A stretch of DNA of 63,579 bases, filler included, from Saprolegnia diclina VS20 (Eukaryota), in the NCBI RefSeq assembly GCF_000281045.1. It is 5 parts of one record of this genome, joined end to end, with 100 filler letters (N's around TTAATTAATTAA, not from the genome) between each part and the next. Parts side by side here need not be neighbours in the genome. Positions count along the whole stretch, not along the records: positions 1 to 31,133 come from NW_008246137.1; 4 more parts are not named here. One strand, given 5' to 3'. The notes under the pieces were generated by a model, which saw nothing but the letters and a program-made list of their open reading frames with translations, had not been told where the DNA came from and ran no database searches. Below, one piece after another: positions 1-11,400 of this stretch. How positions within the stretch are numbered: the stretch's first letter is position 1; each line of letters opens with the position of its first letter. A program made the translations under genes and the position numbers.

Positions 1-67
1 CGTCCTATGCGATCAATAGGTAATATTAGTATTTAGACAAACACCGAGTCGAGGACGGTGAAGGGGG
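1..67. repeat. Direct repeat copy 1 of 6439-6510 (UTP25/FHA-gene 3' junction)
   Basis: cgtcctatgcgatcaataggta..atattagtatttagacaaacaccgagtcgaggacggtgaaggggg matches 6439-6510 except for a 5-nt (ttata) indel. Confidence 0.95.
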
Positions 68-73
68 GGGGGG

Positions 74-1724
74 TTCCAGGCTTCGTCAACTACACCGCGC
101 CCGCGTCGACGCCGACACAGCCCCCCGACGAGAGCTCGAGCGCGAGCTCCTCGTCGCGCTGGCGGACTTGAACCGCCACCCGTGCCAAGCCATCATCGAC
201 GCGATCCTCGACATCAAGCGACGTCTGGAAGAACTGAACGCACAAATTCAAGAGCACAAGACGGAAGCAGCCGTGCAACGCCACCTCGTCGAAGCCGCCC
301 GCTGCACCAAGTACCACCTGCGGTCTCCGTCGATCAAGAAGTTGGGATCCGACTCGATCCACCAGATGCGCGACGCCGCCGGCCAGGCTCGCACCACGCC
401 GCAGGAGATCTCGCAAGCCCTACATGGCTTCTACACGGCACTCTACGCCGCAGAAGAAGGACCGGACGCCAGCGCGGTCGACCTGTTCCTCGACACCACG
501 ATCAAGACGCGCCTCCCGACCGACATGGCCGAGCGCCTAGGGGCGCCGGTCTTGGCGTCGGAGCTCTACGACTGCATCCAACGCGCAGCGCGACGCAAGT
601 CGCCAGGCCCCAACGCGCTGCCATACGAAATCCTCAAGCTTGCGCCGGCCAAGTGGGCCCGCGCTCTCGAACTGGTGTTTAACCAAGCGCTCTTTGACCA
701 GGCAACGCTCACGCCGAGCCAAGTCCAAGGCACGACGATCCTCCTGCACAAGAAGGGTGACCGGGACTGTCCTGCCAACTACCGTCCGATCAGCCTCATC
801 AACAGCGACGTCAAGATCCTCACCGCAGTCTTGGCCAACCGGCTGCAACCGTGCGCTGACCACTTAGTACACTCCGATCAGAACGGCTTCATCAGAGGAC
901 GCTCGATCATGCACAACATTGAGCGACTAGAAGGTTTGCTCGAATATGCCCGCCGCCACAAGCCCGAGGCCGTCATTGCGCTCCTCGACTTCGAAAAAGC
1001 GTTCGACCGAGTCGACCACGGCTACTTGCTCGCGGTCCTGCGCAAGTGGGGTCTCCCACAGCGCTTCTGCACTATGGTGCAGTGCTTGTACTCGGGACGC
1101 CGATCCAAGATTCTCGTCAACGGCGACCTCTCGTCGCCCTTCTGCATCAAACGGGGGGTGCTCCAAGGTGACCCGCTGTCACCGCTGCTCTTTGTGATGG
1201 CGCTCGAACCGATGTGCCTCCAGCTCCGCAACCACGCTCAGGACGGCCTCCAGATCGGCTCGGCGACGCACGTCGTGAGCTGCTTTGCCGACGACTCTCA
1301 ACTATTTGCGACCAACGAAGCCGCTCTTCAGCGCCAGCTCGCACTCGTAGACCACTTCTGCAGCCTCTCGGGATTCAAGCTCAACCGAGACAAGACCCAA
1401 GTCCTCACGCACTCGCCGTTGCCCAACCTGCCGACGTTGCAGCTCGTTCAGCCGTCGCAGCCGACCAAGGCGCTTGGCATCCTCGTCGCTCCGAACCTGC
1501 CGCGCAGCGCACGCTGCGACTACGCACTGCGCCGCCTTCGCGACCGGCTGCTGCTTTGGCGACACAAGTCGACGACCTTGGCCGGCAAAGCCATCATCCT
1601 ACAAGCCGTCTGCCTGCCGGTACTCTGGTACCAGCTCGCGTGGGTTGCGCCGGACAGCAAGACGGCCGAATGCATTGACAAAATGATCCTCCAGTTCATC
1701 AACGGCGAACCGCCAGTCATCGGC
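74..1724 (+). mobile_element. Non-LTR retrotransposon (L1/Tx1-like) ORF2, 5'-truncated: EN-RT linker plus complete RT domain; 3' end lost in gap
   Basis: Frame is open from ~75 to the gap at 1725. RT motifs KSPGPNALPYE, NYRPISLINSDVKIL, DQNGFIRGRSI, LDFEKAFDRVDH, GVLQGDPLSPLLF, FADD, GFKLNRDKT. No endonuclease domain upstream; the frame abuts an 11-G run at 63-73. Confidence 0.93.
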
Positions 1725-2004
1725 NNNNNNNNNNNNNNNNNNNNNNNNNNNNNNNNNNNNNNNNNNNNNNNNNNNNNNNNNNNNNNNNNNNNNNNNNNNN
1801 NNNNNNNNNNNNNNNNNNNNNNNNNNNNNNNNNNNNNNNNNNNNNNNNNNNNNNNNNNNNNNNNNNNNNNNNNNNNNNNNNNNNNNNNNNNNNNNNNNNN
1901 NNNNNNNNNNNNNNNNNNNNNNNNNNNNNNNNNNNNNNNNNNNNNNNNNNNNNNNNNNNNNNNNNNNNNNNNNNNNNNNNNNNNNNNNNNNNNNNNNNNN
2001 NNNN

Positions 2005-3469
2005 GTGTGGCAGTCGCACGCCAAGCGGCTCCTCGTGGCGCACGCGCTCTTCTGGAGCGTCGTTGTGAGCGTCCCGATCTGCATCTGCATTCTGCAACTC
2101 GACGACGCGACGATCCGGGGCTATAAGAACTGGTACCAAGCCATCAACAACCTCGTGCTGTGGGGCATCGCCATGTACTTTTGCTACTGGGAGTACAAGG
2201 AGCTCCGAGGCTACGGGCTGCGCAAGTACTTTAGCCTCGTGAACGCGACCCAGATGAGCGTGTACCTGCTCATCATCTTTGTCTACGTGCCGTGCCAGCT
2301 CGGGCTCTCGCACGCGACCATGCTCCGCGAGTACCAGGTAATACGCTGCAATTTGACGTCGGAAATGACGTTTAACTAGCTCTGCCTCGTGGGCTTTCTC
2401 TGCCTCGCGCTCTGGATCTTGTTTCTGCAGCAGCTCGAAGTGCATCCGACGACCGGGTACCTCTTGCCGATGATGCGCCGCCTCCTCCAAGACAGCATGC
2501 GCTTCCTGATTCTGTACGGCGTCTTTCAAGGTACACCTTGTCTTCTACTCGTATGACAATATTGAGTCCTTCTATATCTGTGGTTTCTAGCGGGCTTGAC
2601 GTGCGCGTACTACATTTTGCTCCAGGGCAGCGAAGGCTACGAGTCGTTCCCAGCGACCTTTGTCACAGTGTTTTTCGTTCTCTTTGGCCAAATCCAGACG
2701 GCGCCGATCGATGTACTGGGATGTTAAACTATCGCAAGGGCTAGAAACGCCTCCTCCGTAGGCGCTGAGCGACGAGCAGCCCGTCCTGTACGTCTTTGCG
2801 ATGGGACTCCTCATGTTCCACATGGCGATTGCGATCGTCCTCCTCCTCAACGTGCTCATCGCGATGATGAACAACACGCTGGACGAGGGCCTCGAGAAGG
2901 CCAAGCTCGAGGCGCTGGCGAGCTACGCCAACTGCATCCTGCGCCTTGAGCTCAGCCTCGCGCCGACGGAGCGCAACGAGATGATCTACGTCATCAAGCC
3001 CAAGTTCCTCCACCACCACCAGTCGTGTTCGTCGACTGCCTTCTCGTCGCAGGGTGTTTAACTATGCGGTGTAGTGCTGCCGGACGACGTGGACGCGCCG
3101 GCGCGCCGCCTGAGCTTTCGCAGTGCCAACCTCCGCATGCACTCGCTGGCGACGGACGAGGCCAAGCCGCTGGTGGTGCCCCGGCCGACGCACCAGCCCT
3201 CGTCGGGCCGCCACACGGGCATCTTGAACCCGTCGTTCCGGCAGATCGTGCTCAAGTCGGACTACAAGGCTGGGTTTGAAGCGCCGGTCGACGCCCACCA
3301 GGAGTGGATGACCGAGATGCGCGGGGTTGTCAGCTCGATGAAGAAGGACCACGCGACCCAGATGGCGCAGCTCAAGGCGCAGCTCAACGACATTACGCGG
3401 CTCATCCAAGAGCTCGAGATGGCGCAGAACCCGCGCGCGGGACTCGGCAGCTCGTCCATGCAGTGGTAA
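2005..3469 (+). CDS. TRP-like cation channel, 3' part (TM segments, pore, C-terminal coiled coil); multi-exon, 5' part lost in gap; paralog of 8405-13070
   Basis: Exons joined by short GT-AG introns (e.g. 2338-2379) give hydrophobic helices, TFVTVFFVLFGQI pore helix and the S6 motif IVLLLNVLIAMMNNT. Collinear with the minus-strand channel at 8405-10450. Confidence 0.85.
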
Positions 3470-3634
3470 ACCTCAACTTCAACCTTCGGTTCTTTGATTT
3501 GGATACGTTTAAACAAGTTTGGCGCCTAAAACGCATGGTTGGACGCAACCGCTTTGCGTTAAAGTCCACGATTGGGCGCCGTGGCGTTGAGATTGCACCA
3601 ACCAAATCCCATTTCGTTGGCAACCAAGAGCTAG

Positions 3635-6413
3635 ATGGCCAAGGGCGGGAAGAAGAAGGGCGGGAAGCGCAAGCGCCACGCATGGGACGACGAGGACAAG
3701 CAGCCGGCGACGGCCGCCGAGCCCGTGCCCAAGAAGAAGTTCGACTCGATGTTCGCGCAGTGGAAGAAGACCAACGTCAACCGGCGCAACACGCAGCGCG
3801 ACAAGGCGCTCACGTACGAGCAGGTCAAGGCGCAGCAGTACAACGAGCTGCGCAAGGCCACCAAGGGCCGCCGTGCCGACGACGAAGACGAAGATGACGA
3901 GCACGATGGCAGCGACCATGGCAGCGGCTCGGGCAGCGACGACAGCGCGTCCGAGGTCGACGAGGCCGTCGCGCCCACGCGCAAGAAGGCGTCGACGTTC
4001 CAGTCGTTCGTGTCGCTCTTCCACGCTGCGCCGGCGGCCATCTCGGACGACGAAGCGCAGGAAGAAGAAGAAGAAGAGGACGAGATGCTGGACGACGAGG
4101 ATGAGGATGAAGACGATGAAGATGCAGACGACAATGAAGATGGCGAAGAGGACGACACCGCGCCCGTTGCCGACGAAGACGAAGAGGACGAGGAAGACGA
4201 TGCGTCTGCGCCGAGCCAGGTCAACGACGACGACGAAGACAAGGACCCGTTCCGCGCGCGGTACCTCCTCAAGGAGCCGACCGAGAAGGAGTTTGCGGTA
4301 CGACACACCCCACCTCTCCACAGGAGACTCAGTTCTTGGTTGCAGGCGATGCAGACGGCCAAGCCGGCGCCGTTCACGAAGCTCACGACGATGGACTCGC
4401 TCGAGACGCACGTGCGCAAGGGCTTCTACGAGGAGACGCCGGCGCACAGCCCGCAGCCTCTCTCGCACGTGCGCTCGCGCCTCTACGCGTCCTGGAAGCA
4501 GAAGAACCTCCTGACGCTCAACGTACGTCGGTGTCCAAGACTACTATGTATCTTATCGGATGCGAGTAGCCGCTACAGGAGCAGCTCAACGGCGCGCTGA
4601 GCAGCTACAAGGACCTCCTGTACTGCAACCAGACGGCCGAGACCCTGCCCGAGGTTTGCCCGCTTAGTCGTTCGAACAACCGCCACACACGCGTGTAGAT
4701 CCGCAAGGTGGTCATGATGCATGTGGTCAACCACGTCATCAAGTCGCGCGACACGATCGCCCGCAACACGGAGCGTCTCGGGAAGAACGCGACGGCCGAG
4801 TACCGCGACCAAGGCTACTGCCGCCCCACGGTCCGTCATTTGTACCCGATGCAGAACGCTGATACATTGATAGATTCTCATCTTGGCTCCGCTGCGGTCG
4901 GCCGCGTACCGCCTCGTGCACCAGCTTCTGGCGCTCCTGCCCGACACGGTCACGACCGTGCTCAACAAGGACCGCTTCGAAGAGGACTTTGGTGTCGAGT
5001 ACGGTCCTTTGCGTGTCGGCTACGAGAGCTCAATATACGCGGTGTAGAGAGCCAAGCGCGCCGGAAGGTACCGAGTGGCAAAAGATCTTTCAAGACGGCA
5101 ACAACGACGACGCGTTCCAGCTCGGCGTCGCCTTCTCGCGCAAGTCGGTGCGCCTCTACGCCGAGTACCACCACGCCGACATCATCATTGCGTCGCCGCT
5201 GAGTCTCCGCAAGACGATCGGTGACGCAATCGTCGACGTCGCCCCCGGCGACAAGACGTCGGTCAAGTTGCCGGTCGACTACCTCTCGTCGATCGAAGTG
5301 TGCGTGCTCGGTACGCGATACCCGCGTTGAAACCCATTTCACCCCCCTCGTAGACTCGGCCAGCGTCTTTTTGATGCAAAACATGGAGCACGTCCGCGCG
5401 GTCCTCAACGCGGTCAACGTGGCGCCCAAGGAAGCCCCGGAAGCCGACTTTTCGCGGGTACGCTCGAGCGATGGAGGGCATTCTGTCTCAAAGCGACTTG
5501 GCTAGATTCGCGAGTGGAACCTCAACCACCAAGCGCACTTCTTCCGCCAAACGATCGTGTACGCGCATGCGCCGGACGCGCAGCTCAACAACGTGCTCTC
5601 GCGGTCCTGCCACAACTTTGCCGGCGCCGTCCGCCTCTTGCCCGTCTATGACGTCGACAGCGCGTCGACGCCCGCCATGTGCAACATTGTGCCGTCGATC
5701 AAGCAGATCTTCCAGCGCATCGACACGCCGTCGCAGGTCGGAAGCTGCCCGCTCAACAAGGAAGCCGACCTCCGGTTCGCCTACTTTTCCAAGCACATTG
5801 TGCAGCCGCTGCTCGACCACCCGACCAAGCACACGATGGTATGGGTTTTTGAGGTTGAGATTGAGGTTGGAGATGGCGCCTAGATCTTCGTGCCGTCGTA
5901 CTTTGACTTTGTCCGCGTCCGCAACCTCTTTGCCGAGCACAAGAAGCTCATCAACGTGGTCGCCATCTCCGAGTACTCGACTGACGCGCAGATCTCCCGG
6001 TACGCAGTAGATCCCGCTGTGGTTTCACTAAATGTTGAGGCTAGCGCCCGTACGCATTTCTTCCACGGGCGCATCAACGTGTTTCTGATCTCGGAGCGCT
6101 TTCACTTTTACAAGCAGTACCGGGTACGCCTTCTTGTCGTCTGAGGATCGAACCGCCGACCAGTTGCGATTTTCTTTAGATCCGCGGTGTGCACCAAGTG
6201 TTTTGGTACGCGCCGCCGTCGCTCGGCCCGTTCTACGCCGAAGTGCTCAACGCGATGGGCGCGGCGGACGAGGCCGACGCCGAGAGTCTCAAGAGCGTCG
6301 TTCTCTTCAGCCCCTGGGACACGCTCCGCGTGCAGCAGATCGCAGGGTCCAAGCGCGCGGCCCGCATGACGCGGTCGGGCGGCGACACCAAGTCTATCTA
6401 CATGTTTTGCTAG
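3635..6413 (+). CDS. UTP25: U3 snoRNA-associated protein 25 (UTP25/DEF/DIEXF), multi-exon
   Basis: Acidic N-terminus, then EYRDQGYCRPT, GNNDDAFQLGV, ADIIIASPL, DYLSSIE, MQNMEHV, PSYFDFVRVRN, ISEYS, ERFHFYKQYR across short GT-AG introns. Confidence 0.93.
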
Positions 6414-6438
6414 ACATATAATATACACGCTTGCTCGA

Positions 6439-6510
6439 CGTCCTATGCGATCAATAGGTATTATAATATTAGTATTTAGACAAACACCGAGTCGAGGACG
6501 GTGAAGGGGG
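6439..6510. repeat. Direct repeat copy 2 (apparent empty site relative to the LINE at the window start)
   Basis: Near-identical to 1-67, but continues into ttggcgtaggggtagggg instead of RT sequence. Confidence 0.95.
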
Positions 6511-7929
6511 TTGGCGTAGGGGTAGGGGTTGGCGTAGGGCCATGCGCGTTGCACTTCCACTTGCGCTCGGCGTCTTGAACCGTCGCGATGGTGTGGCAGC
6601 GCTTCTCCGTGCACAGGAACGGGATCGGCGGCGACTGTGGCACGGGCGTCGACGCGCGGCGAGCCAAATGCTGGCGCGTGCGCGCTGGTGGCGTCGTCGG
6701 AGGGTCCAAGCCTGAGGCGAATCGGGTCCGCGATGCCACCGTCAGCGTTCGTTGTGGTGACGTCAAACCGTCCACGGCGGACGTCGATCGGGTCCCGCGC
6801 GACGACGTTGACCGCGGAGCCTTGGAACGTCGTGGCGGTGACGTCGGGAGGTCCAAGGCTGATCGGGTCCGCGATGCTACCTTTCGGTTATGGCGTGGTG
6901 CGTCTGGGCGCTGCTTGGGTACCGAGAACGTCTGTGGGACCCATAGAAATGGCTCGCTTGCAGTCACTGGCCGGAACAGTCCAGGCATGCGGTGGGATCG
7001 GGGTGGATCGTCCGCCACCGGCGCGAGCTGCGCTTCTTGTTGGTCGTCATCATGGTCGTTGTCGTCATTGCTGTCGCCACCGTCAAAGAGGTCTGGCAAC
7101 TCGTCTGGCGCAGACAATGGCGCAGGGTCCGGGAAGCGCGTGTTCTGGAATGCCGAAGCCGTCGACGTCGTGGGCAACGACGGGTGCTTGGCCAGCGACA
7201 CGACTTGTGTCGGAGCAGGCGCCGTATGTTCTTGTGGGACTGCGAGCGTTGGCGTCGCGACCTCGATCGGTGCAGGTGTCGCCACTTGTAGTCGCTCCGT
7301 TCCGGGCGTCGGCACGTCAGGAACCGGTGGCTCTTCTGCTGCTTGCACATTGACGTCTGCAGTCTCGGTATCCAGGGCCGTCTCGGGGTTCGATCTCGTG
7401 CTCTCGACCGGCGAGGTGACGGCGCGAGGACTCTCGAAGAAGTCGTACCTACCACGTCGCATCAGCATTCCGAGCATAGCATCGGCAAGGACATGCGAAA
7501 TCTCTAGAGAAGCGGTGAGAGCGAGCGTGATGCGACTGCCATTGACCAAGCTACGCTCCTCGCCGTCACCTACAGGCCGTCAACCGTCGCCGACAGGTGG
7601 AGCATGGACCGTACGCAGATATGTTCCGTTGACAAAGACGCTGTCGCCGGGCACCGCCGAGACCTTCACGGTGTCGCCACTTGGATCGAAGAAGACCCAG
7701 CGATCGGCACAGGCTGCGAGCTCGAGGCGCTCTTGCTCGGTCGCCAGCGTGAAGGCCTCAACAAAGAAGCAGCCACTAATCGTCAGCAAGGACGACCTAC
7801 ATGACGACCTGCGCATGGGCTGCAGGAGCCATGGACGTACCCGAGGAGGTAGCGCCGTAGCTGCAGGGTTGTCGCATCGTCGAGCGCGGCCGGCGGGAAC
7901 GCGATCGGGTCCAAGTACAGGACGCGCAT
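6476..7929 (-). CDS. FHA-like domain protein with Pro/Ser/Thr-rich disordered middle and C-terminal CxxxxC...CxxH zinc-finger-like motif; multi-exon
   Basis: Removing a 45-nt gtacgg..ctgtag intron that contains the in-frame TGA at 7580-7582 gives DSVFVNGTYLRDGEERSLVNGSRITL, an FHA C-terminal strand pattern. First exon MRVLYLDP..LLG is followed by a gtacgt..catgtag intron. C-terminus CTEKRCHTIATVQDAERKWKCNAHGPTPTP. Confidence 0.6.
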
Positions 7930-8404
7930 GGCCAGCGTCTGGCAACTTTGCAATTGGGTTGGGCGTTTCGGTGCAGGACCTCCTGCAGCTAATTTCACGC
8001 ATATTAAGACTGATAATGGAGCTCTGTATATTGGAAACGATGTCGAGGTTGAAGTTTGGGGACAGAGCGTTTGGAGGACTGGTGCGAGGAGCCAAAGGTA
8101 GAGAACTGCAAACAGGACTCGCGCACTTGGAAGCAGACTACCCTCGCGTTGCTACGGTTGTACAGACGTGGTACAAGGCCGGTATAATTGTTCAAGTTGC
8201 GTGCGATTAGCTTGACATCGTGTACGGATAAGCAGCGCTATTTTTTGGAAGGGACGAATTGGAATGTTTATCCGGAAATCGGACCTGGCAGCCTCGCTAT
8301 CAGGTCTCGCTTCATTAACTTCAGCTAGATACCTGGCTGGATACTTGGATAGATTATATTGTAGTATCGTCAGCATGAAATGTGCAGATGTTAGTTGTTG
8401 AATG

Positions 8405-11400
8405 TTAATCTTGGATGGAGGCCGACCCTGACTCGACCGACGAGGCTGTCTGGAGCTCTTGCAGGACGCGCGCCATGTCGCTCAGCTGGCTCTTGACCTG
8501 CTGCAGCTGTGCGGCCTGGTCCTTCTTGAGCGCTGATATCGACGCGCGCATGTCGGCCTGGAAGTCTTCGGTCGCCGACCCTTTTTGCTCGTACCCGGTC
8601 TTGTAGTCCGACTTGAGGACGACCTCGTGGAACGCCGGGTTCAAAATGCCCACGTGCGCGTCCATCTTCTTTGGCTTCTTGAGCGCCAGCAGCGGCTTGG
8701 CCTCGTCACGCCCGGTCTGCAGCGACCGGTCGAGGAGCACTGCATTCTCTACTGCAAGCTGCAAGCCCCGCTCAAAGCGCAGCTCAAGTACCTTTGGCCT
8801 GGAGGAACTTGGGCTTGATGACGTAGATCATCTCGGTGCGCTCGCGCGAGTCGAGGCTGAGCTCGAGGCGCAGGATGCAGTTGGCGTAGCTGGCCAGCGC
8901 CTCGAGCTTGGCCTTCTCAAGGCCCTCGACAAGCGTGTTGTTCATCATCGCGATGAGCACGTTGAGGAGAAGCACGATCGCAATCGCCATGTGGAACATG
9001 AGAAGACCCTTGGAGAAGATGGAGAGCACGGGCGACGTCGACGCGAGGTCCTATCCCCATATCAGTGGAAGAAGTATCAATGTATCGAGACATCAATCGG
9101 GCCGGTCTGGATCTGGCCAAAGAGCACAAAGTAGACAGTGATGAACGTGTGCAGGACCGACTCGTAGCCGTCGCTGCCTTGCAGCAGAATGTAGTACGCG
9201 CACGTCAAGCCGACTAGAGTCGTATGAGGTGCGATTGAAAAGTATCAAGTTGAAACCTTGAAAGACGCCGTAGAGGATCGAAAACCGGACGCTGTCGAGG
9301 AGGAGGCCGTGCATCATGGGCAGGAGGTACCCGGCGGTCGGGTGCACCTCGAGGTACTGCAGCGAGAGGATCCAGAGCGCGAGGCAGATCGTGCCCGACA
9401 TGCAGAGCTGGTACTCGCGGACGACGACCGTCTCGGGGATGAAGCCGAGCTGGCACGGCACGTACACGAGCATGATGAGGAGGAAGACCATGATCTGGAC
9501 GGCGTTGACGGCGTTCGACATGTACTTGCGCAGCCCGTAGCCCTGGAGCTCCTTGTACTCCCAGTAGAAGAAGTAGAAGGCCGTGCACCACAGCACCATG
9601 TTGTTGAGCGCCTGGTACTGGTCCTTGACACTACACTCCGAAGTCAGATTTCAGATTTCGATGAATGAGCCGTACTTGGTCATTTCAGCGTTGGTGCGGG
9701 ACCCGAGGTAGAGGAGGAAGGGGAGGCAGAGGACGCCGGTCCAAAAGATCGAGTGGAAGAAGAGCACCTTCTTCGCATACGCTTTCCAGACCGGCGCGTC
9801 CGGCATGATGTTCTCGTCGCCCCAGTTGAGCTCGACGTAAGCGCCGCGCCAGAGGAACGCGCAGAGGCCGCTGTACGTGCCGTCGCGACACCAGCCCGCG
9901 AGGCTCCAGAGCCGCTTGGGCTTCAAGCCAAAGTGGACAATCACGTACGCCACAAAGACGTACACGACAAACACAAACCAGATCTAGTCACGATTTTCAG
10001 AACCAGATCTGTCTTCAGAAACGTACCATGAACGACATCTGGATGCCTTCGTCGTCGACGCGGTCGACGTGTGTCTTGTTGTTGCCTCTCGGGCGCTTGG
10101 TGACGCGCGCCTGCGTCCAGAAGGCCAGGGAAAAAATGTTGGTCGTGTTGGGGTCTTCGTCGAGCTGGTAGATGCAGCCCGAGATGACCGACGACGCCAG
10201 CAGCAGAATGTACATGAGACACTGCTCCACGTACATGCGCTGGGCAAAGAACTAGAGACAAATTGTCTTATATAGTACAAATGCGGACAAGGTACCTCCC
10301 ACTTGAGCTGGAGCACGCGGCGCATGATTATGTGCTGGAGGCAGTGGGCCTTGACCGCATTCTGCGCGTCGTCTTCGGCTTCGAGCGTCAGAATCGAGTA
10401 GAGCGCGCTCTTCTCGACCGACTCCTTGCCATAGATACGATCCAACTAGATGTATCGAGAATTGAAACATTGAAGAATTGAAACATTGAAACATTGAAAC
10501 CAACGTACGTCGCGAAAGCTGAGGCTGTACCGCCCTTCTTCGACCAAGAAGGCGTCGAGGATCTCCTTGCCGAGCTTGGGGTCGCACTCGATCGCGCCTG
10601 CATCGGATGTGTCTATCGTTTGACAGACAATATTGTACTACCTTTGAACATGACTTCGTTGAAGCGCAGGTCCGTCGCGTTCTTCTCCAGAATGAGCTTG
10701 ACAAAGGCGGCCTTGTCCTTGGCGACCATGAACGCCGTCTTGCCGCCCTTGTCCGTGCCGCCGATCTGCGCGTTGTTCTCAAGGAGCAGCTGCACCAGCG
10801 CGTCGTGGCCAAAGGAGGCTGCGTACATGAGCGCCGACCAGCCGTCCTGCAGGTTGTATGGCATGTTATAACACTCGTTTTCGCAGTCCGTCAACACACC
10901 GGGTCGCGCTCGTCGATCTTGGCCGGGGTGTCGAGGATGCAGGCGCGCGCGGCCTCGACGTTGCCTACATCACTCTAAATTCGAGTCGAAAATAGTGTCG
11001 TACCGCTGCGGGCGTGGTACAGGAGCGGGTACCGTTCGCGGAAGGCGCGCTCCTTGCCAATGTACAAGATGCACGTGCGGTGGCTCGCCTCGAGCGCAAA
11101 GGACAGCGCCGTCTTGCCTTCCTACGCAGCAACCGTGTTCAACTAGACCAAGTGGTCATGACGGGCGTACGGCTTGCGCCGCGTCAATGTCGGCGTTGCG
11201 GTCCAAGAGGAGCTTGACGAGCTCGGGGTGGCCGTTGGCCGCGGCGAGCATCAATAGTGTCGTGCCCGTCTAGCAGAGCCGGTGACGCCGCAACCCTAAC
11301 CGCACAAGGTACCTCGTCGGTTTGTTCGAGGTCCAGCGCCGGGTTTTCCTGCAAAATCTCTTCGAACGTCTCGAGGTCGCCGTCGCGGACGATGCGGCAG

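Noticed and set aside
168..2126. RT-channel fusion ORF implied by the ORF track
   Set aside because: The ORF merely reads through the N gap at 1725-2004, and the channel exon is in a different frame.
6476..8210. ORFs 6476-7549 (-) and 6588-8210 (+) as a possible LINE ORF1/gag partner of the RT
   Set aside because: The minus ORF splices into an intron-containing FHA-like gene with no gag or RRM motif. The plus ORF is its antisense shadow.
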